Part shown: positions 35,247 through 45,662 of the stretch, one piece after another | Layout: the number at the start of each line of letters is the position of its first letter | Numbering within the stretch: position 1 is the stretch's first letter | Origin: SAR86 cluster bacterium AG-313-N18 | GTDB lineage: Bacteria > Pseudomonadota > Gammaproteobacteria > Magnimaribacterales > D2472 | Direction: 5' to 3' | Length of the DNA: 64,000 nt | NCBI GenBank assembly: GCA_003283765.1 | Contig: QBVY01000002.1 | Location: 34,395 to 98,394, forward strand | Position numbers and translations under genes: made by a program | The notes under the pieces: model-generated | Database searches by the model: none | What the model saw: the letters and a program-made list of their open reading frames with translations, nothing else | Told to the model about the DNA's origin: nothing

Positions 35247-36187
35247 TGAAGACCAAAGTTTTATTGGCAAACCCGAGGGGATTTTGTGCTGGAGTAGATC
35301 GGGCTATTGATATTGTTAACCAAGCTTTAAAAAAATTTGGACCACCTATCTATGTTCGCCATGAAGTTGTTCATAATAAGTCGGTAGTAGATGAATTAAA
35401 GTCTAAAGGCGTCATATTTGTTGATGAGCTCAGTGAAGTCCCTAAATCATCTCATGTTATTTTTAGTGCTCACGGAGTATCTGAGAAGGTTGAGAAAGAG
35501 GCTGCAGAATTTAACTTACTTTCTTTCGATGCTACATGCCCCTTAGTAACTAAGGTTCACAGCGAGGTTCAGCGTCATGTTAGGGCCGGCAGAGATATTA
35601 TTTTAATTGGTCATGAAGGACATCCTGAGGTAGAAGGAACGCTAGGAAGACATAATCCCATCGATTCAAAGAGCAAAATTTATCTTGTGCAAGACGAAGC
35701 AGAAGCTAGATCATTAAGTGTCTCACAGCCTGAACATCTTGCGTATGTAACACAAACAACTCTAAGTCTTGATGACACTATCGCTATTGTTAAAATTTTA
35801 TATGAACAATTTCCTGAAATTCTACAACCAAAAAGTGACGACATTTGTTATGCCACTCAAAATAGACAGGATGCAGTAAAGCAGCTTGCTTTAGAGAGTG
35901 AATTTATTGTTGTTATAGGCTCAAGAAATAGCTCTAACTCAAATCGTTTAAAAGAATTAGCCGAGAAGTGTGGCGTTAACTCCATCTTGATAGACGGTGC
36001 AAAGGAGCTTGACTTTAAATCTTTATCTAAATATAAAAGCATTGGTATAACAGCTGGAGCATCTGCTCCAGAGTCAATTGTTCAGAGTGTCGTAAAAGCA
36101 ATTAGCCTTGAGTTGAATACTGTTGCCGAGGAGTTAGGTGAAAATAAAGAAAATATATATTTCAGACTGCCTCCTGAGTTACGCTAA
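35243..36187 (+). CDS. ispH: HMBPP reductase IspH (LytB)
   Basis: PRGFCAGV, VVHN, SAHG, DATCPLV, ICYATQNRQ, SSNS, TAGASAP. Confidence 0.98.
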   Translation: MMKTKVLLANPRGFCAGVDRAIDIVNQALKKFGPPIYVRHEVVHNKSVVDELKSKGVIFVDELSEVPKSSHVIFSAHGVSEKVEKEAAEFNLLSFDATCPLVTKVHSEVQRHVRAGRDIILIGHEGHPEVEGTLGRHNPIDSKSKIYLVQDEAEARSLSVSQPEHLAYVTQTTLSLDDTIAIVKILYEQFPEILQPKSDDICYATQNRQDAVKQLALESEFIVVIGSRNSSNSNRLKELAEKCGVNSILIDGAKELDFKSLSKYKSIGITAGASAPESIVQSVVKAISLELNTVAEELGENKENIYFRLPPELR

Positions 36188-36253
36188 TCCACCAAAAAAA
36201 TTTTATGTCTTAAATATCATCCATTACACTGTTTCTATGTCTAGAGGAAAAAC

Positions 36254-36790
36254 ATGATCTCTCAAGATGGTATTATTGATGCTGCAGAATTTTGTCCATC
36301 TCCTAATTTTGATGAAAGACCAAATAATACTTCAATTGATTTAATTGTAATACACGCTATTAGCCTCCCAGCAGGCTTTTATAATACTCAACTAATTAAA
36401 GACTTATTTTTAAACTGCTTAGATCCAGGCACAGATCAGTTTTTAGAATCGATTAAGGATCTCAAAGTGTCTTCCCATTTTTTAATCACTCGTAAAGGAA
36501 CATTAATTCAGTTTGTGCCCACTCATAAAAGAGCTTGGCATGCTGGAATTTCTGTTTACAAAGCAAGGGAGAATTGCAATGACTTCTCAATTGGTATTGA
36601 GTTAGAGGGTTGCGATGACGAGGAGTTTGAGCAGTCACAATATAACTCTTTATCAAGATTGATTAATTTTTTATCCAAAGACCTGCAAATTAATAAACAA
36701 AATATTGTGGGTCATGCAGACATAGCCCCAGATAGAAAAACAGATCCAGGGCCATTATTTGACTGGACTCTATTGCAATCAATGTTATGA
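36254..36790 (+). CDS. ampD: 1,6-anhydro-N-acetylmuramyl-L-alanine amidase
   Basis: SPNFDERP, IHAISLP, VSSHFLI, AWHAG, NDFSIGIELEG, RKTDPG. Confidence 0.95.
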   Translation: MISQDGIIDAAEFCPSPNFDERPNNTSIDLIVIHAISLPAGFYNTQLIKDLFLNCLDPGTDQFLESIKDLKVSSHFLITRKGTLIQFVPTHKRAWHAGISVYKARENCNDFSIGIELEGCDDEEFEQSQYNSLSRLINFLSKDLQINKQNIVGHADIAPDRKTDPGPLFDWTLLQSML

Positions 36791-38031
36791 AAAGAAAGCT
36801 TATAAGTATTTTATTTCTTGGTTTTGCCTCTGGTCTTCCTTATATGCTTGTTTTCTCAACGCTTACAGCTTGGTTAAGAGATGTGGGAATTTCTTTAACT
36901 GAAATTGGCTTTTTTGCCTGGTTGGTTCTTACATACTCTTTAAAATTTTTGTGGGCACCATTTGTAGATAGATACTCAATTCCTGGATTTAAATTTTTTG
37001 GAAAAAGAAGAGGATGGATTCTCTTTTCACAATCAGTGATATTTTTGTCATTAATTGGAATGAGTCTAATGGATCCACTTCAAAATATTCAATTATTGGC
37101 ACTGTTTGCTTTTTTTGCAGCCCTTTTTGGTTCCATACAAGATGTTGCAGTGGACGCCTTAAGAATTGAGATTGGTGATGCAAAAGAGCAGGGTGACTTA
37201 GCAGCCAGTTATCAGTTAGGTTATCGAGTTGCAATCCTTGTTGCTACATCTATGGCATTAATTTTTGCTGATTTATACAGCTGGTCTTATGTTTATCAAT
37301 TAATGAGTATTCTTATGTTGATAGGATCAGCAGGGGCATTGATATGCTATGAACCAAATAATCAAGAAATTGCTGTTTTAAGATTTGATGAGGCTCTCTA
37401 TGAGGCTTTCAAGGACTTTTTCAATCGTTTTGGCTTATGGTCTGCAGCTCTGCTTTTATTGATAATCTCTACATATAGGCTCACTGATATTGTTATGGGA
37501 CCTATGGCAATGCCTTTTTACTTAGACTTGGGATTTTCAAAAACTGAAATCGGAGCGCTTGTAAAAACCATAGCTCTTTTTGGATCAGTTATTGGTTTTT
37601 TTATTGGCGGCTTTTTAATTAAAAGAATTCCTTTATTTAATGCGCTGCTAATAGGTGGTTTATGTGTTTTATTCACTAATTTATTTTTTGCTTATGTTGC
37701 AACTGCTCAAGCAAATATTTCGCTTTTATCCTTAATTGTTGGCTTAGATAGCTTTGCAGCAGGTCTGGTGGGCACTATAAATATTGCTTTTTTAACCAGT
37801 TTGGTTTCAAAAAAATTTACCGCGGTGCAGTATGCTATGTTGACATCATTTATGATGCTACCTGGAAAATTTTTCAGTGGTTTTTCAGGTATTCTAGCTG
37901 ATTATTACGTATCTACTTCATCTCTTGAAAGTGGTTGGGCATACTTTTTTTATACTACATCTGCCATGTCTATTCCTGCATTGCTATTAATAATGATATA
38001 CAAAAAAAACTATGCAACTCATTCAGCATAG
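36787..38031 (+). CDS. ampG: Muropeptide MFS permease AmpG
   Basis: LGFASGLP, KFLWAPFVD, RRGW, QDVAVDA.RIE, GYR, TAVQYA. Confidence 0.92.
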   Translation: MKRKLISILFLGFASGLPYMLVFSTLTAWLRDVGISLTEIGFFAWLVLTYSLKFLWAPFVDRYSIPGFKFFGKRRGWILFSQSVIFLSLIGMSLMDPLQNIQLLALFAFFAALFGSIQDVAVDALRIEIGDAKEQGDLAASYQLGYRVAILVATSMALIFADLYSWSYVYQLMSILMLIGSAGALICYEPNNQEIAVLRFDEALYEAFKDFFNRFGLWSAALLLLIISTYRLTDIVMGPMAMPFYLDLGFSKTEIGALVKTIALFGSVIGFFIGGFLIKRIPLFNALLIGGLCVLFTNLFFAYVATAQANISLLSLIVGLDSFAAGLVGTINIAFLTSLVSKKFTAVQYAMLTSFMMLPGKFFSGFSGILADYYVSTSSLESGWAYFFYTTSAMSIPALLLIMIYKKNYATHSA

Positions 38032-38362
38032 TTTTAGGCTCATTTTTGTAATTTCTGTAGTATTTATATCAATTCTCTCCATTCAAGAGATTGAGGTCCC
38101 ATCCTCAGTTAATTTCAGTGATAAATTACTGCATTTTTTTTGTTTTTTGTACCTAATTATTATCGGTTGGTTGAGTAGAATTATTTACAAGGAATTATGG
38201 CTTTATGTTATAGTCCTCGCCTACGGAATATTGATTGAGATAATTCAGATATATATACCTTATCGATCTTTTGAATTTTTAGATATTTTCGCTGATTTCT
38301 TAGGAATTTTAGTGGGAAGTTTTCTAATAAATTTATTGAAAGATTTATATCCGAACTATTGA
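38012..38362 (+). CDS. VanZ family membrane protein
   Basis: DKLLHF, YGILIEIIQ..IPYRSFE..D..AD..G. Confidence 0.85.
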   Translation: MQLIQHSFRLIFVISVVFISILSIQEIEVPSSVNFSDKLLHFFCFLYLIIIGWLSRIIYKELWLYVIVLAYGILIEIIQIYIPYRSFEFLDIFADFLGILVGSFLINLLKDLYPNY

Positions 38363-38441
38363 ATTAATTTTTTTTAGCCATAAATAACTTTTAGCCTTTA
38401 GTTATAGGGGAAATTGTTATTATTAAAGCAGGAGATTTACA

Positions 38442-38729
38442 ATGAAATTGAAACCTTTACACGATAAAGTTTTAGTTAAGAGAACAGATGAAGAACAAAC
38501 CACACCTGGTGGAATTGTTTTGCCTGGTTCAGCCACAGAAAAGCCTTCTCAAGGTGAAGTTGTTGCTGTTGGACCTGGAAAGAGACAAGATAACGGAGAA
38601 GTTGCTCCAATGGGTGTAAATGTAGGCGATCTAGTTATATTTGGTCAGTATGGTGGTAACGAAGTAAAAATAGATGGCGATGAATATCTTATGCTTAGTG
38701 AAAGCGATATTTACGGTATTTTCAGTTAA
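38442..38729 (+). CDS. groES: Co-chaperonin GroES
   Basis: [23 protein letters not shown]. Confidence 0.98.
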   Translation: MKLKPLHDKVLVKRTDEEQTTPGGIVLPGSATEKPSQGEVVAVGPGKRQDNGEVAPMGVNVGDLVIFGQYGGNEVKIDGDEYLMLSESDIYGIFS

Positions 38730-38749
38730 AAAATTTAATTAATTATTAG

Positions 38750-40414
<1,665 letters not shown>

Positions 40415-40431
40415 GTCATTTTCTAAAATAT

Positions 40432-40464
40432 AAAAAAAACGGGGTTTCTTCCCCGTTTTTTTTT
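40432..40464 (+). terminator. Intrinsic terminator after groEL (potentially bidirectional)
   Basis: A8-CGGGG-TTTCTT-CCCCG-T9. Confidence 0.9.
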
Positions 40465-40513
40465 GCAAGATATATAATTATTTAATCACAACTTTTATTT
40501 TAGGAGTTTTAAT

Positions 40514-41143
40514 ATGGAAGCTTATCTTGGAACAGTGCTAATCAGGTTTGCTCACATTCTTTTTGGAGTACTTTGGATAGGGCTACTTTATTATTTTAAT
40601 TTTGTCCAAACAGAATATTTTAAAGAGTCAGAAGCCTCTGCAAAGTCTGATGTCGTGCAGAAATTAGTACCGAATGCTTTATGGTATTTTAGATGGGCAG
40701 CGGCGTTTACGTTTTTAACTGGTTTATATTTACTTTATTGGTTAAGCATTACAGTAAATATTGGTATTGTGTTAGGTGCGGTAATGGCTACATTCATGGC
40801 TGCAAATGTTTGGTTTGTAATTTGGCCAAATCAAAAGAAAGTTATTGCTGGTACTCCTGACGCGGCAGATGCTGGAGCAAAAGCAGGATTAGCTTCTCGT
40901 ACCAATACTTTATTTTCGTTGCCAATGCTTTACTTGATGGTCTATTCTGCCCACGGGGGAGCTTTACCAATGATTGCTGAAAGCAGCATGAATAGTCTTT
41001 GGATTGGTCTAGCTGTTATTTTGCTAATTGAGGCAAATGCATTGTTTGGTAAAATGAATGTAATGATTACTTCAGTAAAAGCAGTTATTCATTCAGGACT
41101 TGCTCTTACAGTAGTATTTGGACTTCTAGTTCATTATCTATAA
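40514..41143 (+). CDS. PuuD/Urate_ox_N-family membrane protein (no cytochrome c domain)
   Basis: H...GVLWIGLLYYFNFVQ, ALWYFRWAA..T, NVWFVIWPNQKKV, SRTNT..S.PM. Confidence 0.75.
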   Translation: MEAYLGTVLIRFAHILFGVLWIGLLYYFNFVQTEYFKESEASAKSDVVQKLVPNALWYFRWAAAFTFLTGLYLLYWLSITVNIGIVLGAVMATFMAANVWFVIWPNQKKVIAGTPDAADAGAKAGLASRTNTLFSLPMLYLMVYSAHGGALPMIAESSMNSLWIGLAVILLIEANALFGKMNVMITSVKAVIHSGLALTVVFGLLVHYL

Positions 41144-41163
41144 TTCTTAAAGATTTCCTAGAG

Positions 41164-41189
41164 AGGAGGGCTTAGCTCTCCTTTTTTTT
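41164..41189 (+). terminator. Intrinsic terminator for the PuuD-like gene, overlapping the convergent gene's stop
   Basis: AGGAGGGC-TTA-GCTCTCCT followed by a T-run. Confidence 0.65.
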
Positions 41190-42425
41190 AATTTTTACTT
41201 TCTCAATAGAGTTATCTTCGATATTTAAAATTTCTATTCTGTAGTCCTTAATTTCCAGGCAGACATTCTCCTGAGGAATTTGATCTAAGTAATCAGTAAT
41301 AGTTCCATTGATAGTTTTTGAGCCATCTTCATCAATATCCCAATTCATAAAATTATTTAATTCTCTAATTTTTGAATTGCCATCAGCAATAACAGAGCCA
41401 TCTTTTCTTATAAGGAACTCTTTCTCTAAATCTGCTTTAGCAGCTCCAAATTTTCCAACTATTTCTGTGAAAATATCTTCCATGGTTAAAAGACCTTGGA
41501 TTTCACCATATTCATCAACCACCAATGAAAGGTTATTATCTTTTTTTTGGAATTGACTTAGCTGTGTCGAGATAGTTGTAGATTGAGAAATGAATGTTGT
41601 ATCGAAAAGAATACTTTTAATATCATTTCCAGCTTCTAACGTTTCAATGAATTGATGCGAATCTTTGAGGTGAAGCATGCCTATAACATTATCAATAGAT
41701 TTTTTAAAAACTGGCAATCTGCTGTAATAAGATGATCCAATAATTTTTTGTGCAGCCTCAATGCTTTGTGAAATATCAATCCCAATAATTTCAGCATGAG
41801 GAGTCATAATATCCTCAACTGTTAAGTCTTCCATTCCTAAGATTGATGAGAGCATTTCTCGCGATTGACTAGGAATTAAATCTCCATGTTCTTCAAGTAA
41901 TGTTCTTAATTCATCTGAGTTCAAATTATCATTAGTAGCTGACTGCATCGGATCAACATTGAATAATTTAAGTATTCTTGAGCTAAGAATATTTGTAAGC
42001 CAAACCAGAGGCTTAAAAATAATTACTAGTAATTTGAGAAGCCATGAAGATTTGGTCGCAAATTTTTCTGGGTATACACTCGCAATAGTTTTTGGCGTGA
42101 TTTCCGAAAAAATTAGGATAACAAGAGTTAAAATGACTGAGCCAAGCAATACACTTCCATCAAAATAGTCAATCATTATTATAGTAACGATTGCTGAGGC
42201 TAAAATATTAGCAAAATTATTACCAATCAAAATTGATGCTAGTAATACATCTGGCCTTTGAAGTAATTTCAAAGCTCTCATAGCTCCTTTGGAGCCTTTA
42301 GATATATTTCTTAATTTAATTTTATTTGAAGCCATCATCCCAGTTTCAGAACCAGATGAAAACGCAGAAAAAATTAAAAGCACAAATAGTGCTAGAAATA
42401 AAAAAGAAATAGAATTAGTGCTCAA
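41172..42425 (-). CDS. CNNM/CorB (YfjD) family DUF21-CBS-CorC magnesium transporter
   Basis: SGSETGM, ILIGNNFANI, FSEITPKT, CBS pair (YSRLPV, VVDEYGE..GL.T.EDI), CorC/HlyC C-terminal domain. Confidence 0.9.
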   Translation of the reverse strand: MSTNSISFLFLALFVLLIFSAFSSGSETGMMASNKIKLRNISKGSKGAMRALKLLQRPDVLLASILIGNNFANILASAIVTIIMIDYFDGSVLLGSVILTLVILIFSEITPKTIASVYPEKFATKSSWLLKLLVIIFKPLVWLTNILSSRILKLFNVDPMQSATNDNLNSDELRTLLEEHGDLIPSQSREMLSSILGMEDLTVEDIMTPHAEIIGIDISQSIEAAQKIIGSSYYSRLPVFKKSIDNVIGMLHLKDSHQFIETLEAGNDIKSILFDTTFISQSTTISTQLSQFQKKDNNLSLVVDEYGEIQGLLTMEDIFTEIVGKFGAAKADLEKEFLIRKDGSVIADGNSKIRELNNFMNWDIDEDGSKTINGTITDYLDQIPQENVCLEIKDYRIEILNIEDNSIEKVKIKKKES

Positions 42426-42432
42426 GAAGGAT

Positions 42433-42996
42433 TTATAAGTAGTTTATTAAAATGATTGAATTTCCAAAGTATGCAAAAAGGACCATAGCGAAAGAAAGAA
42501 TGATTCCTCTGACTGCATAGCGCACTTTTAAGTTTGCATATTTTACCCCTAAAAATGTAAGCATATAAATTATTAAAGCAAATACAGTAAAAATAATTTT
42601 AAAAATTAAATCTATATCTATTTCGCCAAGAACCATAAGCCCAGAAACTAGAGATAAGATTATTCCTCCAAGGCCAAACCCAATCAAAATAAATATTTCG
42701 TTATATTCCCTTTCTACAGATTTATCATTAGAACCTATTTCACCCTTTTTTATTTTTGTAATATGTCTTTCAAGCAATGTTGTTTCAAAAAAAGTAACTA
42801 TTAGCATGACGATACTGAAGCTTGTAGCAGAAACATGTAGCCCTAAAATTGAGATACCTTTTGAGTAGGTCATTAAGCCAACAATCATTAACAAGGCTAA
42901 AGATAGTCCTACAAAAACCTGTTTTGATGATTTTAATAAAGCCCTAGATATGAAATAGGTAATCAAAGCGACTAATGTGGTTATTGGAAATGACAC
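42433..42996 (-). CDS. Shortened YpjD/CcsA-like inner membrane protein
   Basis: Multi-TM with C-terminal LFAYFG matching YpjD LAYFGS; position upstream of the yfjD-like gene and divergent from rpsP; GTG start. Confidence 0.6.
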   Translation of the reverse strand: MSFPITTLVALITYFISRALLKSSKQVFVGLSLALLMIVGLMTYSKGISILGLHVSATSFSIVMLIVTFFETTLLERHITKIKKGEIGSNDKSVEREYNEIFILIGFGLGGIILSLVSGLMVLGEIDIDLIFKIIFTVFALIIYMLTFLGVKYANLKVRYAVRGIILSFAMVLFAYFGNSIILINYL

Positions 42997-43100
42997 AATC
43001 TTATGTTTTTTTTGTAATCTTTATATATTAACACTATCAAATTCGTCAAGGTTAACCTAAAATACACACCTTTTTATTAATACATAAATAATTTTTAATT

Positions 43101-43727
43101 ATGGTAGTAGTTAGACTTGCAAAAAGCGGAGCCAAAAAGAACCCTTATTACTTTATAACGGTTGCCGACTCCAGAAAACCTAGAGATGGCGCGTTCATTG
43201 AGCGTTTAGGCTTTTTCAATCCTTCAGCAAAGGGGTCTGAAGAAAGAATGAGGTTTAATGTAGAGAGATTAGATCATTGGATTTCTCAAGGTGCACAGCT
43301 TTCAGATAAAGTTACAGAATTAGCAAAAGATGCAAGGCTGTCTTCAGATGACCTTCAAGCAAAGCTTGATGCAAAGAAAAATAAAAGAATTCAAAAGAAA
43401 GAAGCAATTAAAGCTGTAAAGGTAGCTGAGTTGGAAGCTAAAGCTAAAGAAGCAGCAGAAGAAGAGGCAGCAGCAGAAGCAGAAGCCCCAGCGCAAGAAG
43501 CAGAAGCACCAGCAGAAGCAGAAGCAGAAGCTCCAGCAGAAGAGGAAGCTCCAGCGGAAGAGGAAGCTCCAGCGCAAGAAGCAGAAGCACCAGCAGAAGC
43601 AGAGGCTCCAGTAGAAGAAGCGGAAGCAGAAGCAGAAGCTCCAGCAGAAGAGGAAGCTCCAGCGGAAGAAGCAGAAGCGCCAGCAGAAGAGTCTGAAGAA
43701 GAATCTTCAGATGATGAGAAAAAATAG
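43101..43727 (+). CDS. rpsP: 30S ribosomal protein S16 with long C-terminal extension
   Basis: MVVVRL..G.KK.P.Y...VADSR..RDG.FIE.LGFFNP core (~80 aa), plus a ~128 aa basic then E/A/P-rich tail. Confidence 0.96.
   Translation: MVVVRLAKSGAKKNPYYFITVADSRKPRDGAFIERLGFFNPSAKGSEERMRFNVERLDHWISQGAQLSDKVTELAKDARLSSDDLQAKLDAKKNKRIQKKEAIKAVKVAELEAKAKEAAEEEAAAEAEAPAQEAEAPAEAEAEAPAEEEAPAEEEAPAQEAEAPAEAEAPVEEAEAEAEAPAEEEAPAEEAEAPAEESEEESSDDEKK
43451..43700 (+). repeat. Coding low-complexity repeat array ([12 protein letters not shown] units)
   Basis: GCAGAA/CCAGC-based units; a 35-nt segment CCAGCGCAAGAAGCAGAAGCACCAGCAGAAGCAGA occurs at 43488 and 43569. Confidence 0.9.
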
Positions 43728-44250
43728 TTCAGTAGACCTTTCACTTTTTCTCCTAATTGCCAAAATAGGCAAGACAAGAGGCCTCAAGGGCGAGTTTTTT
43801 CTTAGATCATTCGCTCAAAGTCCCGAAGCACTATTTTCCTTTAAGAAATTCTACACTTTTTCATCATCCACAATGCAAGAAGTCCATTTTGAATACATGA
43901 AACAAAATAATGCGAACATTGTTGCAAAACTTAAATCTATTAGTGATATTGATGAGATTAAAGCATTTGGCCAAAAAGATATATTTATACTGAAATCAGA
44001 GTTGCCTGAATTAGATGTTAACGAAGCTTATTGGTTTGAATTAGAGGGTATGCAAATTATAAACCTTGAAGGGCAACATCTTGGAGATGTTATAGAGGTA
44101 AACAATTTTGGGGCTAGCGATGTGCTAAAGGTTAAATCCCTGAAAAAACAAAAGAAAAATCTTTTAATTCCTTTTATTAAAAACAGAGTAATTATTTCAA
44201 TTAATAAATCAGAAAATTCAATTTTAGTTGATTGGCAGGAAGATTATTGA
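43711..44250 (+). CDS. rimM: 16S rRNA processing protein RimM
   Basis: [14 protein letters not shown]...YW.ELEG, GASDVL.V, LIPF, VDW. Confidence 0.93.
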   Translation: MMRKNSSVDLSLFLLIAKIGKTRGLKGEFFLRSFAQSPEALFSFKKFYTFSSSTMQEVHFEYMKQNNANIVAKLKSISDIDEIKAFGQKDIFILKSELPELDVNEAYWFELEGMQIINLEGQHLGDVIEVNNFGASDVLKVKSLKKQKKNLLIPFIKNRVIISINKSENSILVDWQEDY

Positions 44251-44255
44251 GTCTC

Positions 44256-44987
44256 ATGAATATAAATATCATTACTTTATTTCCTGAAATATTTGAAGCA
44301 TTGAATTATGGCTTGCTTGGCCAAGCCATAAATAGAGAAGATATAAAAATTAATATTTATAATTTACGAAAACATCAGATTAATAGGCATGGCCAAGTTG
44401 ATGACAAGCCATATGGCGGTGGAGAGGGCATGGTGCTTATGGCAGAGCCTTTAGAGAAGTCACTAAAAGATATCCCAGTTGAAATCTTGGGTAAGATAAT
44501 AAACCTTTCTCCTCAGGGAAAACTTTTAAATCATGAGAAATCAAAAGAACTGTCCTCATTGAAAAGCATAACAATTATCTCAGGCAGGTACGAAGGAATT
44601 GATGAGAGATTTATTTCACAGTATGTTGATGAAGAAATTTCAATCGGAGATTTTGTTTTAAGTGGAGGAGAATTTGCTGCATTAAGTCTTATAGACTCAA
44701 TATCAAGATTTATTCCAGGAGTGATTGGTAACAAGAATTCTGTTGACTTGGATTCATTAAGCCAAGGCTTTTTAAAGGGGCCTGTGTTCACAAGACCAGA
44801 AAATTTTAACTCAGAGCCAATACCAGAGATATTATTGTCTGGAGATCATGCAAAAATTCAAGAATGGAAAGATAAGCAAGCTTTAATAAGAACTTTTGAG
44901 AGAAGACCAGAATTGTTAAAAAGTATAAAATTAACAAAAAAACAAAAAAAACTCTTGGAAGATTTGGCTTCTAAGCGTATCCTATAG
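44256..44987 (+). CDS. trmD: tRNA (guanine37-N1)-methyltransferase
   Basis: [38 protein letters not shown]; ATG at 44256 preferred. Confidence 0.97.
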   Translation: MNINIITLFPEIFEALNYGLLGQAINREDIKINIYNLRKHQINRHGQVDDKPYGGGEGMVLMAEPLEKSLKDIPVEILGKIINLSPQGKLLNHEKSKELSSLKSITIISGRYEGIDERFISQYVDEEISIGDFVLSGGEFAALSLIDSISRFIPGVIGNKNSVDLDSLSQGFLKGPVFTRPENFNSEPIPEILLSGDHAKIQEWKDKQALIRTFERRPELLKSIKLTKKQKKLLEDLASKRIL

Positions 44988-45007
44988 CTCATTTTTTAGG
45001 CAAAATC

Positions 45008-45658
45008 ATGGCAGACAAAGATAAAGAAAATATAGATGCAACTTCAACTGAAGAAGTTGATGCAAAAGAAGCTGTTTTAGAGGAATCTTCACCTGAAGAA
45101 CCATCTATGGAAGATACAGAATCACCAGAAGTTGCACCTGAAGAGTCAGCAGAGGAAGTTCCTGCAGAAGAAGAATCAGCATCAGAGGCTGCTGCAGAAG
45201 AAGAATTAGCATCAGAGGCTGCTGCAGAAGAAGAATCTGTTACTGATGAATCCTTGGCAGAAGATCAGCCTGAGGAAGAAACTGTTCCAGTAACAACTGA
45301 CGAAAAAACACCATCGCAAATCATTGAATCATTTGAGGCAGACCAATTAAAAGATGACATCCCATCATTTAGACCTGGTGATACGGTTGTAGTATCTGTA
45401 AAAGTTAGAGAGGGAGATAGAAGCAGACTTCAAGCTTTTGAAGGAGTGGTTATGAATATTAAAAATGCTGGCTTAAATTCTGCTTTTATAGTTAGAAAAA
45501 TTTCCAGTGGCATAGGTGTAGAAAGAACTTTCCAACTTCATAGTCCCATGATTGATTCTATTTCTGTTAAAAGAAAAGGTGATGTTAGGCAAGCAAAGCT
45601 TTATTACCTTCGAGAAAGATCCGGAAGATCTGCAAGAATCAAAGAAAGATTAGACTAA
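45008..45658 (+). CDS. rplS: 50S ribosomal protein L19 with ~100 aa acidic N-terminal extension
   Basis: Core FRPGDTV.V.V...[25 protein letters not shown] begins near aa 101. Confidence 0.96.
   Translation: MADKDKENIDATSTEEVDAKEAVLEESSPEEPSMEDTESPEVAPEESAEEVPAEEESASEAAAEEELASEAAAEEESVTDESLAEDQPEEETVPVTTDEKTPSQIIESFEADQLKDDIPSFRPGDTVVVSVKVREGDRSRLQAFEGVVMNIKNAGLNSAFIVRKISSGIGVERTFQLHSPMIDSISVKRKGDVRQAKLYYLRERSGRSARIKERLD
45162..45237 (+). repeat. 30-bp tandem repeat (~2.5 copies) in the rplS extension
   Basis: CTGCAGAAGAAGAAT(C/T)AGCATCAGAGGCTG repeated, encoding AEEE(S/L)ASEAA. Confidence 0.9.
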
Positions 45659-45662
45659 CCTT

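Noticed and set aside
38355-38441. CIRCE or sigma32 promoter upstream of groES
   Set aside because: No TTAGCACTC-N9-GAGTGCTAA; the TTGAAT...AGCCAT match is weak and its spacer is short.
43451-43700. Repeat array as a CRISPR candidate
   Set aside because: Repeats are degenerate, in-frame and coding, with no unique spacers or cas genes.
43344-43777. Antisense ORFs rich in Ala/Ser or Cys/Phe/Trp
   Set aside because: Shadows of the rpsP low-complexity repeat.
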